Shown piece after piece: positions 1 to 12,263 of a stretch of DNA of 64,000 nt. How positions within the stretch are numbered: the stretch's first letter is position 1; every line of letters begins with the position of its first letter. The notes under the pieces were generated by a model, which was not told the DNA's origin, searched no databases, and saw only the letters and a program-made list of their open reading frames with translations. Both the position numbers and the translations under genes were made by a program. Origin of the DNA: Takakia lepidozioides (Eukaryota > Plantae > Bryophyta); the NCBI GenBank assembly GCA_030704615.1, contig CM060732.1, positions 41,044,001 to 41,108,000 of the forward strand, written 5' to 3'.

Positions 1-373
1 CGTCAACCTGTCCAGGAACTTCCTTTCTTCTTCCAAATAAACTGTGCCCGGTTTGAGCTTGAATTTGGAACAAAGGTAAGTTTCAGTCACTCTACAAAGT
101 CCTCCCTCGTTTGGGATCCAGGCTCTCCCAAGTTGCGGAGGACAACAAACTATAGCGTAGGAATTCGGAGCCATCGAAGACCGCACGAAGTTGGCAAGTG
201 CGAGGTTCAGTATAGCGACAGACCAAGGCTCACAGGCACCTTGTAAGTGGATCTGCGGAGTCCATCGACGATTGGAAGTCGCACATTGAAGTGGAAAGTA
301 TTGTTTCAAGCTACATGCATGACTTGGTGGTTCCAGGTAATTCAAGGTACTTCCCCAGATTTGCTTTTCTGAA

Positions 374-633
374 ATGAATTCCGTGAACTGCTACGAATGC
401 ATGTGGGAATCACAGGTAATGACGACTGCGAAGGAGCAAGTCGTAATGCATACAAATTTGTTCGGCTTGTACGTCAAATGGGATGGAACACAGACATTGG
501 AAGACTACATGACACGTTTCAGATGTGCGTACAAGGACAACCTCTTCGCCAGGGAGCTACAGACAGCAAGAAGGAGCGTGGAGTTTACACATCAGGAGGG
601 AGTGGGAAAAGCTGCAATGCGAATTGTTTACAG
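374..633 (+). pseudogene. Upstream exon of TE-associated amino-methyltransferase-like gene (5' part, true start not seen)
   Basis: The ORF ends ...IVY-AG|gtgaag (phase-2 donor at 634). This is phase-compatible with the acceptor ttgcag|G TAT ATG at 2308 on the minus strand once 720-2354 is re-inverted. Confidence 0.5.
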
Positions 634-719
634 GTGAAGCCCAGTTGCCCTTGTATGCGAAGCCTGGTTATGAGGTTTGTCTGGGAAATGCGGCACCGCA
701 TTCGCATTTTATTTTTTCG

Positions 720-2308
720 GTTGAGGCACCTGTTACAATGCCATCCACACATTATAACATGGCCCTTCAGATGTTGCGAATTAAAGCATAACGAGAATTT
801 GCAGAACAACATAGAACAAGATTCTGCATACCTGTCCCACAAATGAGGTCGAGCACTGTGCCCTCCACTGTGCATGTTTCCATAATTGTCTGAATGAAGA
901 CAGGGCTCCGAATCCGTGAATACCACAGGGGTTCCGTTGAAGTGAGGCTATGAGGGAGAAGTTCCGTGGGAACGTTGTTGAACAAGACGTCGTAATCGAT
1001 GGGGTCGCAGTTCGGGTCAACCAACAATCCCTCCTTCCGGAAAGCAAAGGTGGAGTTCTCCTTCACAAAGCAGTATGCATCGAACTGCTTCGTCTGCATA
1101 CACAGTGGGAAACGATTAGAAATCGAATGCGGCACCGCATTTCAAATCACCTAAGAAAATGAAAGGACGAGTGCCAATGTCGTAATTACCTTCTTCCCTT
1201 CCGACCGAAGGCCCAATGTGTTGATGCACGTCCACTTCTTCTTCAGAATTGGGACGGCGCTCTTGCGGGTCCACTTCACAATTCCCGTCTGCGTGTTTTT
1301 TCCTCTACTTGCCAGGACAACCACACAGCCTCTGTCGTCCAACACCATGCGGGCGAGCCCAAATCCTTTCTTCCAAAAGTCCTCGGAGAACCTGTTCCAA
1401 GATGGCAAGCTTGCAGTCCTTCCACAGGCTCTCCGTCCGGAATATCCAAGATGATCATATTGCAAGACCACTCGGTGGCATTTCCGCCCCTCCTACAATC
1501 CTTGTCTGCACACACCCTCTCAAAGAACGAGACCATCTTCAGAAACCCAGGGGTGTCGGAAGGCTCTTCGGCAGCCGCCTTCTTCAGTGCTCTGCCCTTC
1601 AGACCCTCCATGGTCTTCATGTATGCCAACTTGGCTGCCCGTCCATCCAAAGCCGCTAAGAAACTCTCATTTACACACTGGACTACTGTATTGGGATCCA
1701 CTGTCGGCCTCTTCATTTCCACCGGCTCGAAAGGGTGCCCCCCCGGGGGGTTGAAGAGTGCCTTCTTTGCCGAGCCTGTTCTCGTCCCTCTCGTGACAAC
1801 GGTGGGCACAGGGGATTTCGGCTGCGTTTCGGGGGGTGGGCTGGTTGCCAAGTCTCCATCGGAGTCCTCTTCGTCACCCTCTTCCTGCTTTATCTGTTTC
1901 TGCTTCTTCGTTTTCTTGGGTAACACAACTGCTGCCCCTTGCTGGCGAGTCCTCTTCTTCGACCCCTTCTGTTGAGCCTGCACAGCTGCATCCACCGTCT
2001 TCTGTGCCATCTCAGCTGTCTTTCTGGATTGTTCCAGAGCAGCAGCTTCCTTTGCCGACTCTGGCCCAGCAGGGACACGTCTTTCCTTTCTCTTCTCTTC
2101 TGCTTTCGCGTGCAAATATTTCTCAGACTCGTCAACAATTCCGCCAGACATGTCCAGGTACCACGGGCATCCAACGAGATGCGCGACATGCCAATGTTTT
2201 TGTATCTCGGGTGTGTAGACACAGCTTGGGCCCGCCACGGTCCAAGCCATGAAGAACGGGGGCTCTTGAGCCAGGGCCCTTGTCTGAAGAAGCACGTATT
2301 TCATATAC
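720..2308 (-). pseudogene. Inverted core of a spliced beta-class DNA amino-methyltransferase-like gene (N6_N4_Mtase-like)
   Basis: Exons are 2308-1190 (one frameshift ~1410), 1093-832 and 729-720, with GT-AG borders in matching phase. Motifs in beta order: CNMIILDIPDG (IV-like), LARMVLDDRGCVVVL, RSPVFIQTIMETCTVEGTVLDLICGTGAS (X-I). Confidence 0.6.
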
Positions 2309-2354
2309 CTGCAAGGCAGTCAACATGCGTGAGCAAAAGTTGAGACCAACGTAC

Positions 2355-3118
2355 TCGCAGAGTGCAACAGTTTTCCGACCGACACCTCTTTGCCTACGAG
2401 GATGACACATCCGTCTGGGGATCCCATCTGGAAGGGCTGCAACGGAATGTGAAGGCTCCCATCGAAGCCAAAGACTCCTCGGATTCGTCAGAGTCGGAGG
2501 AAGAGACAGTGGACATTGATGCCGAGGAGAACCCGGAATACGAGTGAGTGCAAACATTGTAAGTTTGCAAAGCCTTCTGGGTGATTTTTTGTCAAACGCA
2601 TTTCCGGACTGTGGTTCTCATTGGTCTCGTTGGTGATTGTTATGTGCAGGATTCCAGGATCCGGGTCGAAACATGTAGGGCCTACACTTCTTGCCAGGAA
2701 GAATGTCCCGTTCTTTGTGAGGGCCGACTTCATGACGAGCCCGGTGAAGGACTACTCCCTTCCTAGTTCTGCAGCTAAACTCGCAAATACAGCGATTAGA
2801 CGATGTGAGAATCCCAGTAAAGTAGAGTAGATTTTGGAGAGGGATAGGGAGGACAGAAGGATAAGGAAAGAGTTGGCAACAGCTGAGACAGGTAGACGGG
2901 TGCGAAAGTTCATATGTGATTCAGCGGATGAGAGCGATGCAGACAGGGAGGACGACGACTCAATGGAGGTGAGATGGTCCGTTCCACAAGGGGAAGATGG
3001 GATTTTTGAAAGCCCCGCCAACGAGCAGTCCGTTGGAGATGAGAAAGGCAATGACGGGGTGAAGGCGGAGCAGGACAGTCAAGGACAGGACGACAATACT
3101 GATGATTTTCAAGATTAA
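2355..3118 (+). pseudogene. 3' exons of the same methyltransferase-like gene (motif II-like segment and acidic tail)
   Basis: Continues in frame from GTGAS: TRRVQQFSDRHLFAYEDD (GRxxxxxE-D motif II-like), then acidic ORFs 2362-2547 and 2834-3118. Confidence 0.5.
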
Positions 3119-3282
3119 TAGAATTTTAATGAACTCTCTGTACATTTAAATTATCTTCCAGAGTATATAAAGGAAATTATCCATGTCCTTCATGTCCCCT
3201 CTCCCATGTGCTTCTCAACGACACCATCGTCCAAACCACGTCCCTCCCAAAATCGGAAATGTGGCAACTGCAAAAACCTCCT

Positions 3283-4196
3283 TTGGAAATGCGGCACGGC
3301 ATTTCTAAAACCGGGGCAAGAACAATTTTCCGTTTCATGGTTTGGACATCAAAAACTGTTCGGCAGTTTTGCCGATTGCCAGCTCCTTCCATGGAGGTAA
3401 ATGGAAATGCCACTCCGCATGCGGAGGTCGAACACGTTATCTAAATGGCAGACATGGAAATGCGGTGCCGCATTTCCATTTTGGAGATGGACGTTTTTCC
3501 AACTGCAGACCCATCGACGGAAATGCGGCTCTGCATTTCATGATGCTAGACAGGAATGCGGCACCGCATTCCATTGTCCAATAAGAAATTTCGATGACAT
3601 ACATGGAAATGGGCGCCGCATTTCCAGAACAGACATCGTTGTTTGACCAATTCCAGACCCTTTGACGGAAATGCGGCACCGCATTACATTGTCCAATAAG
3701 AACTTTCGATTGCCAAACATGGAAATGCGGCGCCGCATTTCCAAAACAGACATCGCTGTTTATCCAATTCCACACCCGTGTGGGCATTCCGTCTTGTTGG
3801 ACGGAAATGCGGCACCGCATTCCATCGTGCTGGACGGAAATGTGGCACCGCATTCCATCGTGCTGGTCGGAAATGCAGCACCGCATTCCATTGTCCAATA
3901 AGAACTTTCGATTGCCAAACATGGAAATGCGTCGCCGCATTTCCAAGGCCGACATCGTTGTTTGTCCAATTCCAGACCCGTGTGGGTATTCCGTCTAGCT
4001 GGACGGAAATGCGGCACCGCATTCCATTGTCCAATACGAAATTTTGATGACGGACATGGAAATGCGGTGCCGCATTTTCAGAACGGACATCGTTGTTTGT
4101 CCGATTCCAGACCCTTCGACGGAAATGCGGTGCCGCATTCCATTGCCGGTACGAAATTTCGATGACGGACATGATAATGCGATGCCGCATTTCCAG
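3283..4196. repeat. Array of ~15 palindromic GGAAATGCGG-ca-CCGCATT(T)CC units within higher-order tandem repeats
   Basis: Directly visible repeated motif with 9-10 bp inverted arms. Further copies lie at ~684-703 and ~1125-1143. Confidence 0.9.
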
Positions 4197-4260
4197 TAAC
4201 TCTAAGCAAGTCCAAGATTTTACTGCTCCTCGAGGAACTCGACGCTAGAGGAGGGGGTGA

Positions 4261-5096
4261 TGTCACGGACATAGCCCAGGGGAACTTACCAGGAATAAAT
4301 ACCAAAAATTACCAAGTTACTATGTTACCGAAAGTTACCATGGCTTACCGTGATTTACCATGATCTACCATAATGTACCATTACCTATCAAATTACCGGG
4401 AGTTTACCAAATTACCAAGAGTAACTTGGGAAACTGCTCATGAAGCTTTCTTTGGAAGAAACTTCTCCATCAAGATACCTCATTTGTTTAAGGAAGCTTC
4501 TCCATCAAGAAACCTCCCCTGGAGGAAGCTTTTTAGTAAACTTCTTAGTAGCTAGTATATATAGGAGGCGAGACTGGACACTCTTCAGTCTCGCCAACAC
4601 CATTTCAAGCTACTCTTGTTTCCAGTTCCTAGTACTCCAGTCCAGTTCACAGTACTCTAGCCCAGTTTCCAATATCTGGTACTCTAGTCCAGTTTCTAGC
4701 ATTCCAGTATTTAAGTCATGTTCCAATATCTTGTACTCTTTGTTCCCTGTTATAAGGATCGTCTGATTCCTATTTACTCATCATGCATTCGGCCACGCCG
4801 ACCTTGACTTCTTGTCTAGTCTTGTACTTCTAGTCTGATCTCTTGTATGTGTTCAGTCGTGTTCTTGTCCTTGACAGGGTCTTTGCTGCGTATCCGCCAA
4901 GCTGATATGGCTCTCCGAATAGACTCTCGAATGATAGTAGTCTGAACAAGCACGCGACACAAAATTTCAGTACCAGATCCAACAGACCCGTGGCAAAAGA
5001 CCGGAATTCAACAGACCAAGCAGACCGGTTCATACAGAGCCAGCACACCGTATCTGCTAACGACATTGGCCGAAGCCTGTTTACCAATCCTTAACA
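4261..5096 (+). mobile_element. 3' LTR of an LTR retrotransposon
   Basis: Polypurine tract AGAGGAGGGGGTGA lies immediately before TGTCACGGA. The segment ends TCCTTAACA (imperfect TG..CA inverted termini) and contains TATATATAGG at ~4556 plus short TTACC/TCCAGT repeats. Confidence 0.6.
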
Positions 5097-6262
5097 GACC
5101 TGACTCCGTCTTTTAGTGAAGATTATACTGTTCATTTTGCTGAAATGATGTTTTGTACTCCAGCAGACTGTGACTACAATGCGGTCTGTCAACTTCACCC
5201 AAAGGGCATCAGACATGCATGACAGACCTGAGGGCTCATGACCAGAAGACACACATGACAGACCACAGGGCTTACCAGCACCAACAGACTATTCCATTAG
5301 ACAAACATTACCTCGTGTTGTATGTTGTCATCATCGTCAGGACATTCAATGGATTTCAACCAATTCTGTTCAGCCTCGACAAAAGTTACGGCCATCCGAC
5401 TGGTCTACACAAATCTGAAGAAAAATGAGAAGAAATCTGGATCGTCTTGCGGCGGGCAGACCGATGGGAGAACCCCAAACGGAATTAGGTGCAACGTTCC
5501 CGGGTAGACTGATCCCTCGGTCTGTGGTTGCATAGAGTCGGTCTGCCCAGATCCGAGAAGACGCTGCTCGCACTACTACAGATTAACATTTTTATGACTA
5601 CGGGTGATATAAACCTTGGTAATCATGACTATATATGTGACTACGAAGTGATGAAACCCATTGTTGGGCAAATTTTAATATATTTTAATCTAATGTAGTC
5701 ATATGTTTTACTACATGACTAGGAGCCGCGGTCAAACATTGTTGACAAATAACATAGGCTTGGTTTATATAACTAGTAGTCATACGAAATACTACATGTC
5801 AGACACGTGCCACGTAAGCTTATGACTAAATGACTACACCACTACTACACATTGATGACATGCCATATAAACTTATGACTACATGACTACTGGAGGTTTC
5901 ACATCTCTGTTTCTATGATTACATCACTACACGTGGCATCTTAAGGCATATACATGAATGGGTTCATCCATTGGATGACCTCATCCATCTATCTTTAACG
6001 AAGCACTTGTCATATGTGAACATGTGTCCATTTGATATTGGCAAAATATTGGACCTGGAGCTCGAAGCATTTTGCAGTTTCACTATGTAGTGGCGTGGGC
6101 AAATATCACGAAATAGTAAGTAGCATACTTCATTGAGTCATGCAGTTTGCAGACTTCGAATTGACTTGTAATCGTCGTCCCTGTTTGCAGTCTTCAAGTG
6201 TACAATTTGATACATTCCCCCTTTCATGACATTGGTATTCGACTATACAACGAGTTCTTTTA

Positions 6263-6535
6263 GTGATGCTGAAGCCGGACAAGGTCACAATTGGTTGCGT
6301 TTGCAATGAATGTGCGAGCTTGGTAGCCCTGAAATTGGACAGCCTCAAAATGGGAATAGTACGAGAGGTATTTGTTCTAAACTCTACCTGGGTGGACATG
6401 TATTTTGAATGTGGTAGCATCAAGGATGACAATGGAGTGTTCGATGATATGGCCGAACAAGATGTGGTGTCTTGGAATGCAATGATCGCAGGATATGCCC
6501 AACATGGTTGTCATAGGAGGGAGGCCCTACAAGTA
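6263..6535 (+). pseudogene. PLS-class PPR fragment
   Basis: KPDKVT..VCNECASL..DMYFECGSIKDDNGVFDDMAEQDVVSWNAMIAGYAQHG. Confidence 0.8.
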
Positions 6536-7165
6536 ATTATAGGCATTCACTATGTCATTTCCCCAAAAAACCACCAACTGCCGAGGGCGGCGGTACCTCC
6601 ATTCTCTTCTCCTCTCTCCCCGTTTGTCGAGGGTTTTTGCCATGTAAGAGTCTGTTCATACCAGTGCATGGTTCTCCCGTTCTAGTTCCACAGTGAGAAT
6701 AGAGGCATCTTATGTCAAGAGAGGTAGGGGCAAATTTACTTTGGCAATGATGATGGCCTAGATGAAAAATATGGATTGTTGCTGGTGCCAGCTCTAGAGG
6801 TCTGTCAGTTGTGGACAAGGAGGATTGATATGCGATTGATATGCCTCCAGTAGCATGCCATATTGTCTGTTTCACTGTAGGCAGCAACCCAAGGCCCATC
6901 TGATGCCAAGCTGCCCCATTTAATCCAGCCCTGAACCACATAGTTCCCTTTCAATCTCTTCCTTCTCTTCATTTTTGAAAGGTCTTTTCTAAACCGTGTG
7001 AAGTTGTTGGATTGCAGGGTTGTGTGTCATACCCCCCAATTCAACACTCATATTTGATGTTGAGTTTGTGGGCAAAGCTTAAGAGCCTTGTTTCTCAACG
7101 ACTACCAGAGACATTTATCACTGGTAAACATGTCTCTCAGAATTTGCTTTATACTTGCTTTTTCA

Positions 7166-7197
<32 letters not shown>

Positions 7198-7719
7198 ATT
7201 CCAAGGAGGCAGTGAAGTTGGCAAAGCTCTAATGGGATGAGGGATGTGAAAGTTGGTGTTGGTTTATTTTTCCACTAATGTGTGACACAGAAGTCGTATA
7301 CTGGGCACTTCCTTACTAGCTCAGTGGGCTGAAAACCGATTGCACGACTATTTGAACTCACCTCTCTAATGCTTTGCTTTTCCTGATATGCCATAGGTTT
7401 GCCATGAGAGCTTGGTCAAGACGAAGTAAATCTGCCTGCTTGTGGATATTGGATTGCAAGATTGCCACCACAAGTAAGCGATGTGTACGATATGGTATAA
7501 TTACAGGTCTTCCACCACAACCATGTGGTGTAAGTATTTTACTCGTGAAATAGCTTTGAACCACCAAAAACCTCCCATGTTGGTCACAGTTGACTGGAAT
7601 TCTTTAATTTCGTTTTGTGGTTAGGGCAGGGTGAAGGCAAACTTGGGGTTGCTCGTGAAGGACACATCCATACATTGGTGTGGAGGCTATGATGACAGCC
7701 ATAGCCTGACATTGCAAGA

Positions 7720-8250
7720 TTTTGGCAGAATTGCAGTACAACAATGTGATAGCGGGTCATTTTCCTGGAGATGAGAGAAAAAAACTAGGTAAGAATATGA
7801 TTCAATTGCAAGCTAGAGAGGGGGTGGGGAGCAAGCCAACTGATGTTCCACTGGGATGGTCTTATAGGTCTCTCAACAATCTGACCACTCAATGGCGACA
7901 ACAGATGCGAGCGATTCAGAGTGGTAGAAGGGGTGAAGATGCACAAGGCCAGGTTTGCAGGATATTGCTATGCATGCCACCCCGTCTACAACTCTACAAA
8001 GGGGCAAAGAATTGACAGGATCGAAGCGTGAATTGTACCAATATCAGTATGGATATTGCCCTGGCGTAGATGTATGCCAAATGTGGCAATAAGTTGTTGT
8101 AGTTGAAGCTAGACAAAGGCCCAAGGATGTGGGTATGGGATTGATTTGATATAGGGATATTACTGCAGGTTGCCAACGATGAAATCAGTGCTAATAGTTG
8201 CACACTGGAAGATATTAGAAGTGTAGAATGGTGAAGTGCCAGACTGGGTC
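7720..8250 (+). pseudogene. Highly degraded PPR remnant
   Basis: Broken-frame pieces YNNVIAGH, LQRGKEL and DIALA*MYAKCG. Confidence 0.45.
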
Positions 8251-8599
8251 ACTTCCCAACTTCTGGGTGCCAATGTTTTACAAACTGGATATGAATAAAT
8301 GGCCCTACTAGTGGCCAATCCACTAGTGCTCGATCACAACAGCTTATAGCATGGAGGAATTGTGAGCATATTTGAATATCAATGTTCATTGACAGTTGGT
8401 ACCAAAAAAAATGTGACTACATGGGGACACAAGAGTACATTTATCTGGAATGACAGGTAATACATGCACAAGGGTAGCATATCTAATTGTCATCAACTGA
8501 ATCCGTGTCTGTGAATATGGAGGTATCTGTGTCATCATCGCTGACCATAGCCTCAACGTCGGTGGAGGTATCTGTGTCTTCATGACAGACCTGCTGGTC

Positions 8600-11500
8600 A
8601 ACTGGGGGTTGTACCTCGCATCGTCAGTATGGGGGTCGGTACAATGAGGCCAGCTGCTCTGGTGCCACTGTCTGAATTCGGTTGTGAGTTCGACCAGTAG
8701 TCAATGTCTCTTGTAGTTGTTGTGGAGCTAACAAGCCTTCAACTCTTCTCAGATCACCAATATAAATTGAGATATCACACACCACTCTCCGTGATCAGGG
8801 GCTCTTCTCCAGTACAACTTTCCATTGTCGTTCCTTCACACACTCAGAGAAAAAGACTTGATCAACCTGTACTGGCAATACAAAAGGCTGTTCAGAGGGT
8901 GGTATCATTTGATTGAAATTGATCAACGTGAAGCCACAATCATCTTCCTTCATTGATCTGGGTTGACGACCGACATTTTGGGCCCGTATCCAGGAGCACA
9001 AAAACACTACAGGCCATGTAGTGCCATAGTCAATCTGCAAAATCTCCCTGACAAGACCCACATACCGTACAGATTCCGTCTCATGCTTGAAAACTGATGA
9101 GACTCCACAATCAAAGGATGCCATACTCGATGTGTTCATGCCTGGGGATGTAGCCCTGTAATGGTTGCCATATCCTGACATATTCTTGTATGTCAAGGCA
9201 TAATATGATGGGGGTCTTGAAAGATCCAGTAATTCTTGTCGTACACCATCTTCAAGCACATGTTCTTGAATTCCAGATAGATGTTCCCGTACAACATTTG
9301 GCAGCCAAGCAGCAAATGGAGGACAATCATCCATTTGTGTGGACTCCCCTTCATATTTCTTGGCACAAAATGTCGAGGCTATTTAGCCAACACAGACTAA
9401 GCATGGGGCAGTACAAAAAGATCAAATCAACAAAATATTCAGATCTGAAAGGGTGTGGACTTACTTCAACATATCGGATATGCTTGGATGATTTTGAATG
9501 ATGTAATCGTGTACAATAGCATGCAAGTCACCCAATTTCCGAGGTTTGCCGGCTCCTTCCAAAACTACGCCGGCCACAGATTCTTCCTCATCTGCATCCC
9601 ACACCCTTCGTGCGGTTCCATCATATCCTGCCATATACTCCGTGCAAAATCCTAGAGCTTCATAAAAAATGTATCCTTGAGCCATGCTGCCCTCAGGTTT
9701 TGCCATGTTCCGGACGTACCCTTTCATTTCTTTCATTGCCCGCTCCATGGGGTATATCCAACGTGATGCCACAGGACCACATAAATCGAGCTCGTCCACT
9801 AGGTGGACAAGCAGATGTGTCATCACATCAAAGAATGATTGTGGGAACTCTTTCTCCATTAGACAGAGAGTAACAACTGCTTAATGTTTCAACTCCTCAT
9901 ACTCTGCAGGATTCACTACTTTTGCACACAACCTCCTAAATACATGACATACTCGCAAAATTGTAGTGCGCACACCTGTTGCCATGAGCCCACGAATAGC
10001 TAGCGGTAAATTTTGGTGCATGAACACATGGTAATCATGTGATTTCATGCCAGATAGTTTTTTCTTTACCACGTGGCTTTTGAAAGCTGATGCGTATCCT
10101 GTGGGTACGTTAAGGTTTCGCACAGTGTCCAAGAAAACTTTCAACTCAGCTTCAGTCAGAACATAAGGAGCAGGAGGCATGATTAACGAATCTGCCCTGT
10201 CTGGATATCGTTGCAACCACAATGATGGACGCAGTCCAAGTAATTCAAGATCATGCCGAACCTTCAATGTATCTTTCTCCCCAAAAAGAGTCTTAATGAT
10301 ATTCTTTGCAAAGTTCTTCTCGCAATGCATAGCATCAAACGTATGCCGTATGAGGAGGCCCTCCCAGTAAGGCAAGGCATATAAGATTGATAATCGCTTT
10401 ACTCCGTGAGATTTGGAAGGGTCTGATGGCGTATCTGGTTTCCCCCCTGCTGCTATCCATGCAATAAGGTCAATTGCACGTTTTTTTATTTGTGTTCCCG
10501 CCTGCGTTTGTGGGGCCACTCTAAGCTCAACAGCACCATTGAACAATATTGATCTTCTATACGGATGGTTGTGGGCAAGAAATCTCCGATGGCACAGGAA
10601 CACAGTCTTCGAACATGCATGTAAATGTTGTGAATCCACCTCGGGTCCACAGGCTGGACAACCAGCATAACCTTTAGTAACCTGACCTGCGAGCAAGCCA
10701 TATGCAGGGTAATCATGGATTGACCATAGAAGCAATGCCCGTAGCAAGAATTGGCGTTGTTGGAGAGCTTGGGAAACATTGTAAGCTATGATGCCTCTCC
10801 ACAATTCCTGTAGCTCCTCTACTAGGGGCATCAAATACACATCAATGTTCGTAGATGTAACAGACTCCTTTCCAGGGATAAGGAGTGCTAACATGACGAA
10901 AAACTTCTTTCTCATCAACCATGGAGGCAAATTATAGTTGACCAACATGATGGGCCATGTGCTCCAACTCGTGGATTGAGCACTGTATGGATTTACTCCA
11001 TCTAAGGCTAATCCAAATCGTACATTTCGTGGTTCTGAAGCAAAATCCGCAAATGTGGAGTCAACGTGGGCCCAAGCTTTGCTATCAGCTAGATGTCGAA
11101 CCAATCCATCCTGACTCTTACGTCTGAAGTGCCATGTCATAAGGTGCGCGATTGATTTGCATCGATACATGCGTTTCAACCTTGGGATGACAGGGAAATG
11201 TCGTAGTATTTTTCTGGGTACAGTCCCACGACTAGGAATGTAACGCGACGTCTTGCACTCCGGGCAAAATTCTTCTTTTTCATTCTCCCCACGGATGACA
11301 GGGAAATGTCGTAGTATTTTTCTGGGTACAGTCCCACGACTAGGAATGTAACGCGACGTCTTGCACTCCGGGCAAAATTCTTCTTTTTCATTCTCCCCAC
11401 GGAAGAGTACACAGCCTTGCTCGCAGGCATGGATCTGGGTGTACTGCAATCCCATCTTCGCAATCATAGTTCTAGCTTCATAATTAGTTTTCGGCAGAGA

Positions 11501-11889
11501 ATTATGTTTCGGCAAAAAACTTGTGCGCAACAATCCAAGAAGCTCATCCACAAAGCCATTGGTGCATTTGTGGGTGGTGCACAAGTTGAGCAAGTGCAAA
11601 GTAGCTTCAAATCGGCTGATCGAGCTCCCTTCGTAGAGTTTACACTGAGATTGTCGAAATAGCGTATCGTAGTTGGGGTCAACTCCGTGACTCAGGTTTG
11701 GGCCATTCTCTGCATTCTCTGCATTGTCCATGGATTCTTCCTCGTTGGGGTTGTCTTCGGCCCGAGTTCCACCATTAATCGGATCCTCCCTGTTTGCATC
11801 CACAAACTCAAAAGCTTCCTGCAATGCTCGTTGAATTTCTGCCTCCACACCACCTTCATGATCCGTATTGTTCTCCCTTTCATTAGGCC
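8600..11889 (-). pseudogene. CACTA TnpD-like transposase, main body (Transposase_21, DUF4218 and DUF4216-like regions)
   Basis: Motifs HLADSKAW, RNVRFGLALDGVNPY, STWPIMLVNYNLPPW, DYPAYG, DAMHCEKN, MKSHDYH, FFDVMTHLLVHLV, YPMERAM and EQPFVLPVQVDQVFF. In-frame stop at 9881-9883; intron near 9464. Confidence 0.92.
11185..11400. repeat. Perfect 108-bp in-frame tandem duplication within the transposase
   Basis: RGENEKEEFCPECKTSRYIPSRGTVPRKILRHFPVI occurs twice. Confidence 0.95.
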
Positions 11890-12249
11890 TGTCAAGTTAA
11901 ATAAGCACAGTGTGAAAACAGCTAGAATAAAACTAGTTATTTGTATTTAACACTTGGATTTAGGTCAAGTGTTAAATCAGGTGTCAAGTTTAGTTTGACA
12001 CCTGGTCCGTCTTATCTTCACGAGAGCGGCAGTCGCGCGGCTCATCTTTCTCGAGTTGAGCCTGCGCGACCGAGCTCCTGTGTGCGTTTAGATCTGAGTT
12101 TACTCATGATGGGAGTGTAGGTTGTTGTGGGGTGGAGTCCCCATAGCTTGGGGTGCCCCTGGCTCGACTACTGTTTTAAAGAGTGATGGTTTTGGATTTC
12201 ACATTGTTTCTTGTGTGGAGAGCAGTGTCATTTGTTAGCTTTCTTATCA
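11890..12249 (+). repeat. Terminal repeat A1 (360 bp, LTR-like, TG...CA)
   Basis: Identical by eye to 23254-23613. Confidence 0.95.
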
Positions 12250-12263
12250 CTCGAGAAAGATGA
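12249..12263 (+). promoter_or_regulatory. Putative self-priming primer-binding site
   Basis: ACTCGAGAAAGATGA is the exact reverse complement of 12042-12056 inside the repeat. No TGG-type tRNA PBS is present. Confidence 0.75.

Noticed and set aside
3283-4196. CRISPR-like appearance of palindromic repeats
   Set aside because: The spacers are themselves repeated and variable in length, there are no cas genes, and the context is a eukaryotic TE nest.
7167-7196. 30-bp poly-G run
   Set aside because: Simple homopolymer, possibly length-inflated; no supporting context.
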